Source: Clostridia bacterium (GTDB lineage Bacteria > Bacillota > Clostridia > Christensenellales > CAG-1252). From it: 64,000 nucleotides of DNA. Below, one piece after another: positions 61,840 through 64,000 of the stretch (the first letter of the stretch is position 1; every line of letters starts with the position of its first letter). The translations under genes were made by a program, and so were the position numbers. The notes beneath the pieces are model-generated. The model ran no database searches and had not been told where the DNA came from. It saw only the letters and a program-made list of their open reading frames with translations. The stretch is taken from NCBI GenBank assembly GCA_017394805.1, contig JAFPXC010000011.1, forward strand, positions 20,421-84,420, given 5' to 3'.

Positions 61840-62214
61840 ATGGCAAACGCAAAGCAAAAGAAAAACGCGCATATATGCGCTCAATGCGGGCGCAAAGTCA
61901 CGGGCAACACCGACGTGTGTCCGTGGTGTCACGCACCCATGCCCGACGCGGACAAAGCCCGCTGGACGGACGACAGCCCTTACGGCGTTTTGGCGCTCGT
62001 CTTCTCGGTGGTGCCCATCGTGGGCTACATCTTCGGCGCTTTGGCGCTCTCGCGCAACGCGGGACGACAGCGCACCATGGGCAAGATAGGGCTTACCATC
62101 ACCTCTATCGTGCATTTCGGTTTGATTCTATTCGGCGTTTTGGCGCTCAATCTCTATATCGAGGCCGTCAAGACCGCCAAACTATCCGGCCTCATCGCCC
62201 AACTGATCACATAA
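61840..62214 (+). CDS. Zinc-ribbon plus DUF4190-like membrane protein, predicted leaderless mRNA
   Basis: CAQCG...CPWCH is followed by two hydrophobic helices. ATG 61840 lies 6 nt after the -10 of a TTGCAA-17-TGgTATACT promoter. No RBS is present. Confidence 0.6.
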   Translation: MANAKQKKNAHICAQCGRKVTGNTDVCPWCHAPMPDADKARWTDDSPYGVLALVFSVVPIVGYIFGALALSRNAGRQRTMGKIGLTITSIVHFGLILFGVLALNLYIEAVKTAKLSGLIAQLIT

Positions 62215-62259
62215 AAAGTGTCGGCAAATCCCGCCGCTTTTATTTTTCTATCGCAAAGC

Positions 62260-62697
62260 CTAATATTGTATCACTTCGCCATCGGCCAAGTGCAACCGAA
62301 ACGCCGCCGAATAGGGTTGAAATTCCGCGTCAAACGCTTTGTCCCATTGCTCCTTCGTCCCCGCAAAATAAACGTCCTCGAGATTATAGCAGTGGTCCAC
62401 TATCTCGGGCATCAAGGTGACCAAGGGGTTGTCTATCCTGAGCACCTTCAATTCGGAGCAATCGAAGGCACGGCTCCCCACCCAAAAGACATTGCGGGGC
62501 AACGTGATCTCCTCCAACGCACTGCAATAGAAGGCCTTGTCTTCTATCTTCTTGACGCTAAGGGGCAAGCGCACCTTCCTTACCGCGCTGTTGGCGAAGG
62601 CATACGCGCCGATGACCGTCACGCCCTCGGGCACCACGACCTCCTCTTCACAGCACTCCACGACCAACAACACACCATTCTCTATCTTACACCTCAT
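62260..62697 (-). CDS. BspA-type leucine-rich-repeat protein (small)
   Basis: IGAYAFANSAVRKVRLPLSVKKIEDKAFYCSALEEITLPRNVFWVGSRAFDCSELK is the LRR_5-type repeat. The likely start is ATG 62697. The track's TTG 62748 is unsupported. Confidence 0.68.
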   Translation of the reverse strand: MRCKIENGVLLVVECCEEEVVVPEGVTVIGAYAFANSAVRKVRLPLSVKKIEDKAFYCSALEEITLPRNVFWVGSRAFDCSELKVLRIDNPLVTLMPEIVDHCYNLEDVYFAGTKEQWDKAFDAEFQPYSAAFRLHLADGEVIQY

Positions 62698-62748
62698 ACG
62701 CACCTCACTCCCTATGATACTCCACTTTCGCTCCTCGGTCAAGGGCAA

Positions 62749-62860
62749 AGTTCACCTAAGGTAAACGAGATACTCGCTACGCAATGAATTGATTGCTCCG
62801 CAATCATGAATTGGCTACCGCCATGATTTCTTGCCTCCGCTCCATGAATTGGCTCCGCCA
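62749..62860 (-). repeat. Mosaic array E (degenerate, opposite orientation)
   Basis: AGTTCAC occurs at 62749. ATGAATTG (the reverse complement of CAATTCAT) then occurs at 62784, 62806 and 62844, with the variant ATGATTTC at 62823. These are separated by ATTGC-TCC-GCAAT and weak GGC..GCC dyads. Confidence 0.55.
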
Positions 62861-63006
62861 TTGTGTATATTCCCAAACAAAAAGCCAAAGCATTTACCGC
62901 CTCGGCTTAATAATAACGTCACATCATTGCCCGCAAACCATTTATATCGTTTGTAAGTATAAATAGGCGCAGCAATGCATCCTCGGATATCGCACAATAC
63001 GTTCCA

Positions 63007-63627
63007 TTAAATTGCCAATCTGTCGAACAGTTCTCCAACGCGCGGCGACACGGCGCGATAGGCTTTCTGCTCGTCCCCCCGCCCGACAAGATAGTACATG
63101 CTGTTATCCTCTTGTTCGATATACAAATATAGTGTGACGCCGCCCTCGATATACCCCAACGTATGCTCACGCAAAAACCGTTGCGTTTCGTCATCTTCTT
63201 CGGCGGTCACGTTCACGCCCTCACCCTTTTCCGCATAAATGCCGATCATTCCGTGCGTTGTATCGGATACCGAGTTATAATCGACCGTGAACTCGCTCTC
63301 ATAAAAATCGAACGTCTCGTCGCCCTTGAAAAGTTTGTCTATATATCCCATGGCCGCGTCGTGCGTCGCATATTCGTGCCTGGTATTGGACGACAACGCA
63401 TGATACAAGCCCATATGGTGCGCTTCGATAGAAGCGACGTCATCCAAATTGATGCGTATTGCCACTTGTCCGTACCCATTTTCCAACAAGATGGCGTCCT
63501 CCGTCAAGGATAGACGATAATCGAAGTCATGCACTTTCTCAAGTGCCTGAGGTCGCTCTGTACAACCGAGCGAACAACACGTCGCCGTACACACAACGAT
63601 AAAAAGTAAAACAATAATTCTTTTCAT
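63007..63627 (-). CDS. Predicted lipoprotein, hypothetical
   Basis: Signal peptide with the lipobox-like CCSLGC. I took the start at ATG 63627 (AGGAG 6 nt upstream). Confidence 0.55.
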   Translation of the reverse strand: MKRIIVLLFIVVCTATCCSLGCTERPQALEKVHDFDYRLSLTEDAILLENGYGQVAIRINLDDVASIEAHHMGLYHALSSNTRHEYATHDAAMGYIDKLFKGDETFDFYESEFTVDYNSVSDTTHGMIGIYAEKGEGVNVTAEEDDETQRFLREHTLGYIEGGVTLYLYIEQEDNSMYYLVGRGDEQKAYRAVSPRVGELFDRLAI

Positions 63628-63640
63628 AATCATCTCCTAT

Positions 63641-63997
63641 TTAATTCTCTTGCGGATCTATTCCATAGGGTTGCGGAATATTCCCATTGATTTTATACCT
63701 TCCGCCGCATTCTTGACATACGCGCCAGCCACCTACCGTGCGAAAATCGTGCGCTGCATGTTTCACATAACCACATTCGGAACAAGTTATTATATGATAA
63801 TACTGATTGAAATCTACGGGCGCGGAAAAAGAATGATTGTTAGCCCCAATATAATCCCCGCATACACAAACATATGCGTGTTGCGTTCCGCTAATCACAG
63901 CCAGTTCACTATAATCATGGTTTTGAAGAATATAATCTCCACACTCGCAAATAACCATATGTTGGGTATTGTTATATGGTTCATAGTCCGTGTACAT
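63641..63997 (-). CDS. Cys/His-rich repeat protein (the N-terminus may lie beyond the window)
   Basis: Three copies of H-x(2,3)-(I/V)-C-x-C-G-(D)-Y-(I/V) are present: HMVICECGDYI, HAYVCVCGDYI and HIITCSECGYV. A C-terminal CQECG follows. The ATG at 63997 is 3 nt from the window end. Confidence 0.45.
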   Translation of the reverse strand: MYTDYEPYNNTQHMVICECGDYILQNHDYSELAVISGTQHAYVCVCGDYIGANNHSFSAPVDFNQYYHIITCSECGYVKHAAHDFRTVGGWRVCQECGGRYKINGNIPQPYGIDPQEN

Positions 63998-64000
63998 ATG

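Overview
The window has two parts, judged by eye without any computation. Part A (1 to about 22,250) is a visibly lower-GC accessory island. Part B (about 22,250 to 64,000) is higher-GC core chromosome.

Part A contains four things:
(i) A four-gene operon on the minus strand: SNF2 helicase, a 213-aa protein, a beta-class DNA methyltransferase, and a DUF2971-like protein. It looks like restriction-modification but has no recognisable nuclease.
(ii) A minus-strand module with a two-tyrosine HUH rolling-circle Rep, a nested perfect hairpin next to it, a membrane-fused P-loop NTPase, and seven small, secreted or membrane proteins. I see no capsid, terminase, portal or tail genes. I read it as a non-tailed ssDNA phage-like or AICE-like integrated element.
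(iii) A plus-strand cargo cation:proton antiporter with a consensus promoter and an attenuator or riboswitch-like leader.
(iv) A regulatory and recombination region with a triplicated ~80-150 nt element (c1, c2, c3) next to a degenerate resolvase-domain gene that is translationally coupled to a large serine recombinase.

In all three copies the conserved core is read as HSVYG, in frame with a different downstream gene. c3 is inverted relative to c1 and c2, so I propose a serine-recombinase inversion switch of the shufflon or Gin type. This is a hypothesis only.

Part B has Bacillota-type synteny: rimP-nusA-ylxR-ylxQ-infB-rbfA-nrnA-truB-ribF, dnaG-sigA-trmK-nif3, polA-coaE, efp, glyA and a long-form SRP RNA. 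It also carries a lipoprotein serpin, two tandem paralogous sigma factors, a GH13 glucosidase and a U32 peptidase.

Two recurring non-coding signals stand out in the core:
- Five intergenic mosaic arrays. In the clearest of them a 7-nt spacer (AATTCAC, ACTTCAC or ATTTCAC type) alternates with short GC-rich hairpins, and some hairpin types recur between loci.
- Three genes whose ATG sits 6-7 nt after a near-consensus extended -10 promoter, which predicts leaderless mRNAs.

All family names come from remembered motifs and synteny. No database search was run.
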